A stretch of 62,860 bases of DNA, filler included, from Octopus bimaculoides (Eukaryota): NCBI RefSeq assembly GCF_001194135.2. It is 8 parts of 8 records of this genome, joined end to end, with 100 filler letters (N's around TTAATTAATTAA, not from the genome) between each part and the next. Parts side by side here need not be neighbours in the genome. Positions count along the whole stretch, not along the records: positions 50,332 to 57,341 come from NC_068982.1; positions 57,442 to 60,399 come from NC_068996.1; positions 60,500 to 62,860 come from NW_026356091.1; 5 more parts are not named here. One strand, written 5' to 3'. The position numbers were made by a program, and so were the translations under genes. The notes below the pieces were generated by a model. That model saw only the letters and a list, made by a program, of their open reading frames with translations, was not told the DNA's origin and ran no database searches. Positions 51,471-61,650 of the stretch are shown here, in pieces. Position 1 is the stretch's first letter. Every line of letters starts with the position of its first letter.

Positions 51471-53230
51471 AACAAGAGCACCCAGAGAGCGCAATCCTCC
51501 GCCAATGCAACACTAACGTGCTCTCAACGATTAACTGGAGATGATTTTTAAAATGAGAATATCTGAAATAAAATTGACTGCTCTCGCAAACGAGAATACT
51601 AAAAATGAACCCCCGACCGCTCTCAAAAATTTAGTAAAAAAAACAGAAAAATAATCCAGAATCCTTGTGCGGTACCTGATCGATCCCAATAGTAGTCATG
51701 GAATGTGAAGTGGGTGTGCGGGCCGTGTTTGTAATGCTGTGTGTGTGTCGTCTGCAGTGGGAACAGGGACAGTTTTCTCTATGAAGGCCTTTTTCAGTCT
51801 ATCCACCGATATAGTGTCTTTACGACCATTAAGGTCTATAGGGCTTTCCTATAAGTAGGTTATCTCCCTTGGCTAGGCGGCGCTCCATGTAGATAATTAA
51901 ACTTCCGGAGGCTAACCCACGCCATTGTTATTGTTTTACGTCTTATCATGGATATAAAGCAGCTTGATGATTCAGCTATCGAAGTACTTACTGTGCCTGA
52001 GTTAAAGAAATATTTAAGATTATATGGACAGTATGTTACTGGAAGAAAGGTGGACTTGACTGAAAGGTTGAAAGGGATAAAAATTATGTCAATGAAGAAT
52101 GTCAACAAAGTAAATTCATCGGACGATAAGTCTGAAGTATCGGACGATACTTCAGACAGGAATAAGCAGAAGCTTATATCTCCTCTCGGTGAAGTATTGC
52201 CTGATCTAAAGATCTTTGTAAGTTGCCGAATTTCACAGATAATGACATAATTACCTCGTGCTACGGATGAAAGCAAAGCAACAGTTAAGGAGTGGCATAT
52301 TTTACCACGACAGACACGTACACAGCATCGAATACCACGATGTGAGTGAAAGCTGCTTTCACTGTATTGTCCGGTGCCTGGCAATCCCTTCGATACCGAC
52401 ATCAAACCAAAAAAAAAGAATCCTGACCACAGAGTGTGGGTAATTATGTCAAATGTCACTGGCAATGTGCATTCAGCTGATTGCAACTGTTAAAGCAAGT
52501 CACTGAGCATGCGTACATGTCATACGGGAGAGTTCCAATCAAGGGTGGATAACACCTTATAGGAAAGCCCTATAGTGAAAAGTTTATCCGTGCGTAAAAG
52601 AAAACTGAAAGGACTTGCATACGGTGCTGTTAACGGAGGTTTAACAACATCGTTGCGTACAGAGACGTGAGTCTAAGAAGTAAAGCTTCCCTCAAGGCAG
52701 AGCTAGAAATGCAATTGTGAAGTAGATAAGAGGTTTTAAACAGGAGCGATATATTCAAAATTGGTAAAACTAAAAATCATCGTGGATAAATTAAATTTAT
52801 TATTGTTACTGAATATATTAGTGTTATTTAATTTCTGAATGGTTTTGCTGCCGTTTCTTTATCTATCAGTCTCTACTAATATAGAGACGCTAGTAAAATT
52901 AATAATAGCGAAACGAAAATAAAACTTTGGAAACAGCAACGCCGCCATAATTTACGTGGAAACCATGAGCGTGCTTTCAAGGGAGATAATTAGAGATAGT
53001 AATACTTCATGTAAAGTAAAGTAAATATAACAAATAATCCAGAATCCTTGTTCGGTACCGGATCGATCCCAAAATCTAATCAGTTCGTGCCAGTCACGAG
53101 GCCAAACATCCCTGAAAGTTTCATCCGAATTCATGCAGTGGTTTTTGAGATATCTTGTCCACAGACAAACAAACAAACAAACAAACACGGCCGAAAACAA
53201 TATCTCCGCCTTAGCGAAGGCGGAGGTAAT
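51471..53230 (-). mobile_element. Helentron-type non-autonomous element (HINE/DINE-1-like), split by a 1.3-kb insert
   Basis: Terminal hairpin CTCCGCCTT-AGCG-AAGGCGGAG (53204-53225), adjacent (CAAA)n, matching subterminal CTCCGCC at 51497-51503 next to the opposite end, and a 41-bp direct repeat at 51649-51689 / 53032-53072. Confidence 0.6.
51840..52571 (+). mobile_element. 732-bp TIR element (ISL2EU/Harbinger-like deletion derivative) carrying a frameshifted SAP-domain and SWIM-finger-start ORF
   Basis: CTAT|AGGGCTTTCCTATAAG...CTTATAGGAAAGCCCT|ATAG: 20-bp perfect inverted match including flanks, extending imperfectly to about 36 bp. ORF pieces are LTVPELKKYLRLYGQYVTGRKVDLTERL (SAP) and HRVWVIMSNVTGNVHSADCNC*. 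Confidence 0.75.
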
Positions 53231-53530
53231 AATCAAATAATCAAGACTCATAGTAGTGGTACTAATGCTTGGAGGCAGTTGTTTAAATCTGAATGGATAA
53301 TCTTGAATGGGCATGTATTATGCCTAGTCTAGAAGATTGTGTCATCTTTGAACAACCAATGCTCCGTTTGTTTTAAGGCAATAACATTAGAAGCAATAGC
53401 TTTAATGTTGGAATTGTGAAGCAGTAAAACATGCAGAACATTTTTTACCACTTTTTTGTGGATTGAAAACCACAAGAGGAGGGGAAGAAATAGTTTGATG
53501 GTGTCATAATAAATTGTAGTTAAGAATATA

Positions 53531-53841
53531 GGTACAATCATGGCTACGTGGTTAAGAAACTGGCTTTGCAACCACGTGCTTTCGAGGTCCCACTACGAGA
53601 CATCTTGGACATGAGCCCCGGGCCCTACCATGTGAGTTGACTTTTTAGTAGACGGAGACTGTGTGGAAGCCCGTCGTATGAATATGTGTCTTTATGTCAC
53701 CACCACTTTTTGACAACCAGTGTTGATTTGTTTACGTCTCCGTAACTTAGCTGTTCGGCAAAAATAACCGATTGAATAAGTACTACACTTACAAAAATAA
53801 GTACTGGGGTCGATTCGCTTCACTAAAACCTTCCAAGGCGG
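53531..53841 (+). mobile_element. SINE family A
   Basis: CATGGCTACGTGGTTAAGAAAC...AACCAC...GTAGACGGAGACTGTGTGGAAGCCCGTCGTAT...CGTAACTTAGCTGTTCGGCAAAA...GAATAAGTAC...GGGGTCGATT. Confidence 0.8.
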
Positions 53842-54534
53842 AAAAAAAAAGATATAAGGTAAAAAAAAGAAAGCACAAATAACATCAATGGGATTCCAGA
53901 ACTGCTACCAAGCGGAAAGCGCTGATGTTACCGACACCTTACAAAGCTGTTACCATTATAACACATGAATGATCTAAAACAAAAGCAGTCAGAAAGACCA
54001 ACAAGTAGTACCGCTAATTAATGATAAATTTTTCAGCAAGTTTCGAAATAGCATCACAAGATTTTCTCTTTTCTAGGGACAACCATCAAGCTCTCCAATA
54101 ACCAAGCGACTACAACAGACTTTAAGCTGGATTTCAGAAAACAGGTCCAGATAGGTTCAACAGAGAACAGCTCATGTTCTGAAGTTCGTTCTAAACCGAA
54201 ATTTTTTGTTCATTGTTTTACAGACTCTGCAGTCTCAGTTGACACTAAAGAGGTTTCTTTTGAACTCCACTGGCTTGGAATACCTTTCTTTTATTAACCA
54301 TTTGCTTGTCCAAAGCATTTTCATAAGTTTGTACTAAACGTCCATGCCTGTTTTCAGACTTTTTAGTTAGCCCTTGTTTCATATGTTCTGAGTAATATAA
54401 AGCATTCCTTCTCCTTCCATAAGCACCAAGTTATTCTAGTGGTTGAAAAAAAAGAAGGTATGTGTATCACATATGATGCATGGACGCCGGGAAATGTATG
54501 TATGCCTGTCCTGTGTATCACATGTGATACTAAC

Positions 54535-54670
54535 TGGCACTCCATCGGTTACGACGACCAAGTTGATACGATTAACGGAACTGCCTGTTCGTGAAATTAA
54601 CGTGCAAGTGGCTGAGCACCACACAGATACGTGTACCTTTAACGTAGTTCTCAGCGAGATTCAGTGTAAT
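54535..54670 (+). mobile_element. Probable internal fragment of a third SINE-type repeat family
   Basis: GC-richer island CCATCGGTTACGACGAC...CGTGAAATTAACGTGCAAGTGGCTGAGCAC..CACAGATACGTGTACC.TTAACGTAGTTCTC. The assignment rests on recognition only; there is no second copy in the window. Confidence 0.35.
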
Positions 54671-56524
54671 AACGATAACAATACGCAGAAAAAAAAAATA
54701 CTGCATTATTTAAATCAATGCGGTTTCTGGATCCCATACTTCTGCGTGTGGCAGATACGTTTTGCTTGCTCGTCTATAATACGTTGGTAAGATATACAGT
54801 GTAAACAGGGACTTGGGCGGAAAAAACGAGATTCTTTCCACAGCGCAAATACTCGTCACTTTCTCGCCCTTTGATTCACAAACGAAATCTGTGACAGCTT
54901 TAGAACAGTAATGGCATCACGATACTGTGGAGGTGCATTGTATATGTTTGGACTTATTGTTAGACTGGACAGTAGAGCATCAAATTAACCCCACTGTGAC
55001 AGACATCTGAGCTTGATAAATGTTGCAGCCAATCTTGTAACTATCTCTTAATGACGATATAATGACCTCACATTTAAAATACACACATTAGCCATGGAGA
55101 TCTTCGAAAGAAAAAAAGCTACAAGGAGAAAAAAAGGAAATGCAAAAGTACCAAAAAGGTCTGGGGAGCATTAAGAAGAATTATTTCCAGGAATGTAGCG
55201 CACGTGAATAGAAAACAGTTTCCAGTTAGATGAACCTGTTAACAAAACAAAAATTACTCTGTATGATATTCTTTCTACCCAACCTACTCCAGAATCATAC
55301 ATTTCGTTTTTTTCTTTATTCTGATAATCGCTCCGTTAAATCACTGAAACCCTGCCGTCGTTAAAGCCATCATCACTATCATGCTTTTCTATATTCCAAT
55401 GTTATAATTTCTCTCTTGTGACACCAACTCACTCCACTCACCAAAAAATCACTATTATTCCTTGCAAAACACACTTACGTTATTCCAGTTCAAAACTTTT
55501 GTCCGCTCTGCACCTGCCATATCTACTACCGTTGGAAAAGGTTATGTTTGATTTTCCGCTCTACTAACTCTTCTTTNNNNNNNNNNNNNNNNNNNNNNNN
55601 NNNNNNNNNNNNNNNNNNNNNNNNNNNNNNNNNNNNNNNNNNNNNNNNNNNNNNNNNNNNNNNNNNNNNNNNNNNNNNNNNNNNNNNNNNNNNNNNNNNN
55701 NNNNNNNNNNNNNNNNNNNNNNNNNNNNNNNNNNNNNNNNNNNNNNNNNNNNNNNNNNNNNNNNNNNNNNNNNNNNNNNNNNNNNNNNNNNNNNNNNNNN
55801 NNNNNNNNNNNNNNNNNNNNNNNNNNNNNNNNNNNNNNNNNNNNNNNNNNNNNNNNNNNNNNNNNNNNNNNNNNNNNNNNNNNNNNNNNNNNNNNNNNNN
55901 NNNNNNNNNNNNNNNNNNNNNNNNNNNNNNNNNNNNNNNNNNNNNNNNNNNNNNNNNNNNNNNNNNNNNNNNNNNNNNNNNNNNNNNNNNNNNNNNNNNN
56001 NNNNNNNNNNNNNNNNNNNNNNNNNNNNNNNNNNNNNNNNNNNNNNNNNNNNNNNNNNNNNNNNNNNNNNNNNNNNNNNNNNNNNNNNNNNNNNNNNNNN
56101 NNNNNNNNNNNNNNNNNNNNNNNNNNNNNNNNNNNNNNNNNNNNNNNNNNNNNNNNNNNNNNNNNNNNNNNNNNNNNNNNNNNNNNNNNNNNNNNNNNNN
56201 NNNNNNNNNNNNNNNNNNNNNNNNNNNNNNNNNNNNNNNNNNNNNNNNNNNNNNNNNNNNNNNNNNNNNNNNNNNNNNNNNNNNNNNNNNNNNNNNNNNN
56301 NNNNNNNNNNNNNNNNNNNNNNNNNNNNNNNNNNNNNNNNNNNNNNNNNNNNNNNNNNNNNNNNNNNNNNNNNNNNNNNNNNNNNNNNNNNNNNNNNNNN
56401 NNNNNNNNNNNNNNNNNNNNNNNNNNNNNNNNNNNNNNNNNNNNNNNNNNNNNNNNNNNNNNNNNNNNNNNNNNNNNNNNNNNNNNNNNNNNNNNNNNNN
56501 NNNNNNNNNNNNNNNNNNNNNNNN

Positions 56525-56560
<36 letters not shown>

Positions 56561-56816
56561 ACACACAAACGCACACACACAGCACTCTCTCTCTCTCTCT
56601 CTCTTTCTCACACACATACACACAAACTATTGACATTCCAATGGTTATGATGTGGCTCAAATGTTAAGCAATTTGATTGGGAACTCAAGAGGTACTTTGC
56701 ATTTATGTCGCTCCGATCGTCATACGACAAATATAAGCAGCCTCCTGTTAAATTTGAACGTCTATGATTTAGCAAACAATTCGAGGTCAAAAACAAAACA
56801 AAAAAATGGTAAAAAG

Positions 56817-56970
56817 GTATGGCTGCGTGATTAAGAAGCTTACTTTGCAACCACATCGTTTCGGGTTCAGTCCTACTCCGTAGTACCTTGGACAAGTGTC
56901 AACTACTATTGGGCCGATCGTTGCCTTGTGAGGTAATTCAGTGGGCGGAAAGTGTGTGGAACCCCTCCTA
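56817..56970 (+). mobile_element. SINE family A, 5' part
   Basis: GGTATGGCTGCGTGATTAAGAAGCTTACTTTGCAACCACATCGTTTCGGGTTCAGTCCTACTCCGTAGTACCTTGGACAAGTGTC. Confidence 0.8.
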
Positions 56971-57044
56971 CGTCTCTCTCTCTCTCTCACACACACACAC
57001 ATTTCGCCATACGTGACGCTGAAATCGACAAGTTTTTCATTCCC

Positions 57045-57150
57045 TGTTTATTTACTCTTATTTCTTTCTGTTGAAGAGCGTGGGCTCGAAACGTAAAAGG
57101 CTTCTTCATTTTTCCCGAGCGTCAAACTAATACACTTGTTTGCTGTTCAG
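57045..57150 (+). mobile_element. Penelope-type terminal repeat fragment with a hammerhead-like motif (57064-57099)
   Basis: CTTT-CTGTTGAA-GAGC GTGG GCTC-GAAA CG TA-AAAG...CCCGAGCGTCAAACTAATACAC, homologous to 41395-41520. Confidence 0.65.
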
Positions 57151-57169
57151 AAACCTGTTGTTCAGAAAC

Positions 57170-57341
57170 CACTAGGAAATTTTCACAGATGATTTGTTAA
57201 AGATGAGATAGTATTTATGCTGTGGTGGAAAATTGGATTTTAGGATTTTAAAGAAGGGTTTAGGTAGGTTTAACATGGAGAGAGAAAGGTGGTGCAAGCC
57301 ATAAGATTTCTCGCTTCCAGGCTTTGTGTGTGGTTGTAGTG
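57170..57341 (-). mobile_element. Penelope-like element, RT thumb/linker fragment
   Basis: AWKREILWLAPPFSLHVK(fs)KPFFKILKSNFPPQHKYYLIFNKSSVKIS resembles the PLE motif RKR.IIWFNPPYS.NVKT..GK.FL.L....FP..H.L.KIFN...VKISY. Confidence 0.8.
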
Positions 57342-57459
57342 NNNNNNNNNNNNNNNNNNNNNNNNNNNNNNNNNNNNNNNNNNNNTTAATTAATTAANNN
57401 NNNNNNNNNNNNNNNNNNNNNNNNNNNNNNNNNNNNNNNNNCACGTCGTTGAATTTTGG

Positions 57460-58435
57460 AATTTCTGAATTCAATTGTGTTGCTGCAATAAAATGTGTTT
57501 GTTACGTATCTGGGTAAAATATTAAATTTTTTTTAAAGTTTTCTTGAGATGTTCGTTTGTCTGTCCAGTTGGAGAATACAATAGGACTTTTGCAATGAAA
57601 ATGACTATTTTCGAGAAGTCAGAGAGGGTCAAAAATAAAAGAGAACAAGTTGTAGATAGTAAAGTTTTAAATTTTACTAAATATGGTCTTTTGTATGACC
57701 GTACAGAGAGGAATGGTAATGTTTTTAGAATAAAAAGGATGAGGATGTTTACATTTTCGAATACTAAGGTAGAGAGGAAAGGATAAGTATTCACGCAGTA
57801 GTTGTAGATATTAACGGTAATTTTTTTTAAGCTGATCGTTTGTGTGTTCGAAAGCTAAGTTTCCTAACTTATTTTATTTTGAGCGAGATTTAAAATATTC
57901 ACAGGAAATTGTAGATATTCCAGTCCTTGGGAATAGTTGGAGGAAGAGATGTTCACCGTGTTGGATTTTTGAATTCCTGAATTTCTTTTTCTTTTTCTTT
58001 TGGAATTTGTCTTTTCTTTTTAAAAGTTTTGCTGTGGTTTACAGTTTTTGTAGTTGTGCAGTATGTATATATTGACAGGTGCTTCCTTAATTTTTTATCG
58101 TGCATTTAATTGTGTTGTTACAATAAAAGGCATGTTTACATATTCTGTTAGTCAGGGAAGAAGGGAAGACAAAATGTTCACAGAAAATTGGAGATATTAA
58201 AGTTTCTAAATTTTTTGAGGTGTTCGTTTGTATGTCCGTTCAGAGAAAACTGTGGTGTTTTTTTTGTTTTTTTTACAATAAAAAGGATGCTTACATTTTC
58301 GAATATTCAGGGAAAAAGGAACGGTAAGAAAAGGAAGTTAAAATTTTTTCACAGAAAATTGTAGATATGAAGTTTTTAAATTTTACTGGAGATGATCTTT
58401 TGTCTGTCCGAATAGAGAAAACTGTAGTGTTCTTG
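57460..58435. repeat. Degenerate tandem array of about 6 units of about 140-175 bp
   Basis: Recurrent blocks: AATAAAA(AGG)ATG..TTACAT (57487, 57729, 58122, 58277), TTGTAGATAT (57650, 57803, 57909, 58189, 58359) and (TTCG/CTT)TTTGT(C/A)TGTCC (57552, 57692, 57837, 58224, 58398). Confidence 0.7.
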
Positions 58436-59640
58436 GAAACTGCTCCTAATACTCCAGTTACCACCGGTATCACCATCACTTTCCTCATGCCCCATAACTT
58501 TCCTATCTCGTCCTGCGGTGGCTGGTATTTCTCAATCTTTTCTGGTTCCTTACATTCCACCCTCGAATCGCCTGCTATTGCAACATCTATTATCTTTGCT
58601 TCATCTTCATATTTATGGATGAATACAAAATCTGCTCGTCCCGCCTCTATGACTTGATCGCATTGTATCTTAAAATCCCAGAGTATTATGTAATGTTCGC
58701 TTTCCATTAGTCTCCCTGGCTTGTGTTCATACCATTGTTCGGCTCTCTCGAGGTTTGCTTTACCGCACTACAGCAGGTGGACATATCTGGCCACATTGTT
58801 GTATCTCCTTTTGTATTCGCATTGTGCAAGCTTACAGCACTCACTAACAATATGGCTAATACTTTCTCCCTTCTCAGAGCACATCCTACACCGTGGTGAG
58901 TGAATGCTTTATCAATGTGATATTTGGAGTAGTTTGTTCTGAGAGCTTGTTCTTGAGCGCTGAACACTAATGCTTCAGTAGGCCCTTTTAAGTCCCCTTT
59001 CTGCAACCATCGCCGTGTTCTATTCCAATCAATCTCATCTTCATTCTTCAAGAACTGACTGTGCATGTTCTTGTCCTACCAAATTTTCTTCATCTGCTCT
59101 CTCTGCTCTTTCTTAAATTGTGTTGAATCTACGGCTTCGTTCATTTTTAAGGTTCCCTGCATTTTCACCGCTTCAATCATTTCTTCTTTACTCTCCTTGA
59201 CATACCAAGCCAGGTTATTCTCCTCTTCCCTTACGCACCCTTCACAACACACCAATCCCCGTCCACTTCCTTTCCTCTTTACATACAATATTGACACATC
59301 ACTCTTAAGGTGTAGTTCCTTGTTCATTGTCATTAATTTACGTGTTCTCCCGTCTATCTCTTGTAATTCATTCTTCTTCCAAGATACTATTCTTGGCTCA
59401 AATTTCATCAAAGCAACCGCCCACGTGATTTCGCTGACATGATTCTCCTGGGATGTTATCTAGATGCTTCTCACATCTCTTTTTGAACATACCTAAGGTA
59501 CTTACAATAATAGGAACAGTTCTCGCTTTAAGATGCCACATCTTTTCTATTTCAAATTCCAGGTCTTTATATTTACTTAATTTGTCAAATTCCTTTACAG
59601 ACATATCTTTATCAGTGGGAACACAGAGAGGAAGTGCCTA
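58420..59640 (-). mobile_element. R4/Dong-type LINE, composite: RLE piece of one lineage (59453-59640) joined to RT-C/CCHC/RLE of another (58420-59440)
   Basis: KYKDLEFEIEKMWHLKARTVPIIVSTLG; then WAVALMKFEPRIVSW...DVSILYVKRKGSGRGL...WLQKGDLKGPTEALVFSAQEQALRTN...(C)RMC...IVSECCKLAQCEYKRRYNNVAR...ILWDFKIQCDQVIEAGRADFV...IIDVAIAGD...EKIEKYQ. Confidence 0.92.
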
Positions 59641-59641
59641 A

Positions 59642-60399
59642 AACATCGAGCAAAGAACGTAAGTAGCGATCGTGATACCCACCACGTACAAATGATCAAG
59701 CTCAATAACAGTCTATTAAGCAACAACTACCCCAAAAACATACTCACCACTCCAATTAAGAAGAAAAGAGAGGATGAAACCAATAAACTGTCCACAGTCT
59801 GTCTAACCTATTTGAAAGGCCTCTCCGCAAAGATACAAAAGATATGCGGCCCATATGACATCAGGACAGTATTCAAGAGTAATACGACACTTCGTTAATA
59901 TCTCCTTCGAGTAAAACCACCAATAGAAGAGAATATGACCAAAAACTGCGTGTACTCCATCCCATGCAGTTGTGGTAGGTTATACAAAGGCGAAACATGT
60001 CGCCCCCTCAAAATAAGAGTAGAGAAACATCGCAAAGCAGTGACACGGGGAGATGTTGATAAATCGGGTATATCTGATCCTGTATGAAAAATGGAGACCA
60101 CCTCCCCTGTGGGATGAAGTTAAAATAATAGACAGAGAACGTCACTGGAAAATACGAAAACTAAAAGAAGCAGCACATATGCTAGGACGCAACAACCTCC
60201 TAAGCAAACCGAGTGCAGATATGAGCAACATATGGGAACCGGTATTAAGGAAGGATAGGAAAATATTACATTTAAAAGCCCTAAAATTCACTCCATAATT
60301 GTCCATAGAGATAGGACATAGTGGTTAAGAGTGCGGGCTACTAACTCCAACATTCCGAGTTCGATTCCAGGCAGTGACCTGAATAATAATAATAATAAT
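59642..60399 (+). mobile_element. Penelope-like element 3' part: GIY-YIG endonuclease, tRNA-like segment, (AAT)n
   Basis: TVCLTYLKGLSAKIQKICGPYDIRTVFKSNTTLR*...NCVYSIPCSCGRLYKGETCRPLKIRVEKH...WDEVKIIDRERHWKIRKLKEAAHM...IWEPVL. Confidence 0.92.
60314..60381 (+). other. tRNA-like Pol III promoter segment (not a functional tRNA)
   Basis: Box A TAGTGGTTAAG (60319-60329) and box B GAGTTCGATTCC (60357-60368). Anticodon and acceptor stems are imperfect. Followed by (AAT)n. Confidence 0.6.
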
Positions 60400-60989
60400 N
60401 NNNNNNNNNNNNNNNNNNNNNNNNNNNNNNNNNNNNNNNNNNNTTAATTAATTAANNNNNNNNNNNNNNNNNNNNNNNNNNNNNNNNNNNNNNNNNNNNT
60501 TGAAGTAAAATGTTTCTTCTTTCAAATGAAGTTTCTGGAGTATGACACAAATGTAATTAGGAACAAATGTATAATTATAGAAAAACGTAGATTTGACCGA
60601 CAACACAATCATTACTATGATGGGATACATACAGTAAATGTGACAAGAGAATATATATATAGATACATGAAAGAATGTGGATGGCATTTAGGATACATAT
60701 ATTTGTGTACCTTATGATGGTGTGAGAAAACATTTTCTTTTACATTTTGTGTATATATTTCTAGAATAATAACAATAATGTTATCACTGATACATGAACA
60801 TACTCATCTATTTACACACAACGACGAACGTATCAATAATGTATTTTCTTCACCCAGGAAATATCTTACATGGAATTGTATAAGAGTATTATGAAGGAAC
60901 AGATTCTAATTGAAAATACCACAGTGGGAAGTACTTTTACTAATATAAATATCAATATGGTTATATAAAATATAAGCGGTTGTTGCAAC

Positions 60990-61650
60990 ACCCAGTGAAA
61001 TCTTCTTTGCTGTATGGGTTCCTTTATTGTTATATAAAATATTTCTTTCATCAAATGATTTTTGACACTGAAACAGTAACTCTTCTGTTCAATTAGATCC
61101 ACGTATAGTTAATTGTCTTTTTTAATGATATGCTACAAAATCACTAACATGCTTCAGTAATATGCTTTCTCTTCTGAATGAATGGTTAAGGAACCATTCC
61201 GAGAGAATAATTTACCACAGATAAAACAGTGATATGTTTTTTCTCCAGTATGAATATGTTTGTGTAACGTTACTTTACTACTTGCTGGGAACGATTTACC
61301 ACAAACATCGCATTGGAATGGTCTCTCTCCTGTATTAATGCCTTTTGAATAGTTAAATTCTTATTTGCTAGAATGATTTACCACAGATGTCATAGAGCTC
61401 TGGGTATTTTCCGCTTTATGAGTGCACTTGTGTATAGTCATGCCACAATTTCTAGAGAAAGATTTCCCACAGATATCACAATAATATGATTTCGCTCTTC
61501 GATGAATGAGTTTATTCTTAGTTAAATGTCTTCTTAAAGAGAATTTACCACATTTAGAACACTAATTTCGTTTCCCGCCTGTACACGGATTTGCCACAAA
61601 TATTAAAATGATAAGGATTCTCTCCTGTATGAATATATGTGTGTTTACTT
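60990..61650 (-). pseudogene. C2H2 zinc-finger tandem-array pseudogene, about 6-7 fingers with stops and frameshifts
   Basis: IHTGENPYHFNICGKS... / YYCDICGKSFSRNCGMTIHKCTH / YDICGKSF* / [52 protein letters not shown] / CQKSFDERNILYNNKGTHT. Confidence 0.9.

Noticed and set aside
51860-52486. 208-aa minus-strand ORF as a gene
   Set aside because: It is the antisense shadow of the SAP/SWIM transposon ORF and has no recognisable motif.
54050-54340. About 95 open codons (FSFLGTTIKL...) with two strong-looking acceptors at 54076 and 54223
   Set aside because: Donors are weak and the similarity to the RTE 'F.YLG' region is marginal. I could not distinguish exon, LINE relic or chance.
60314-60381. 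Functional tRNA gene
   Set aside because: Acceptor and anticodon stems do not pair properly and it runs into (AAT)n. It is treated as a tRNA-derived repeat segment.
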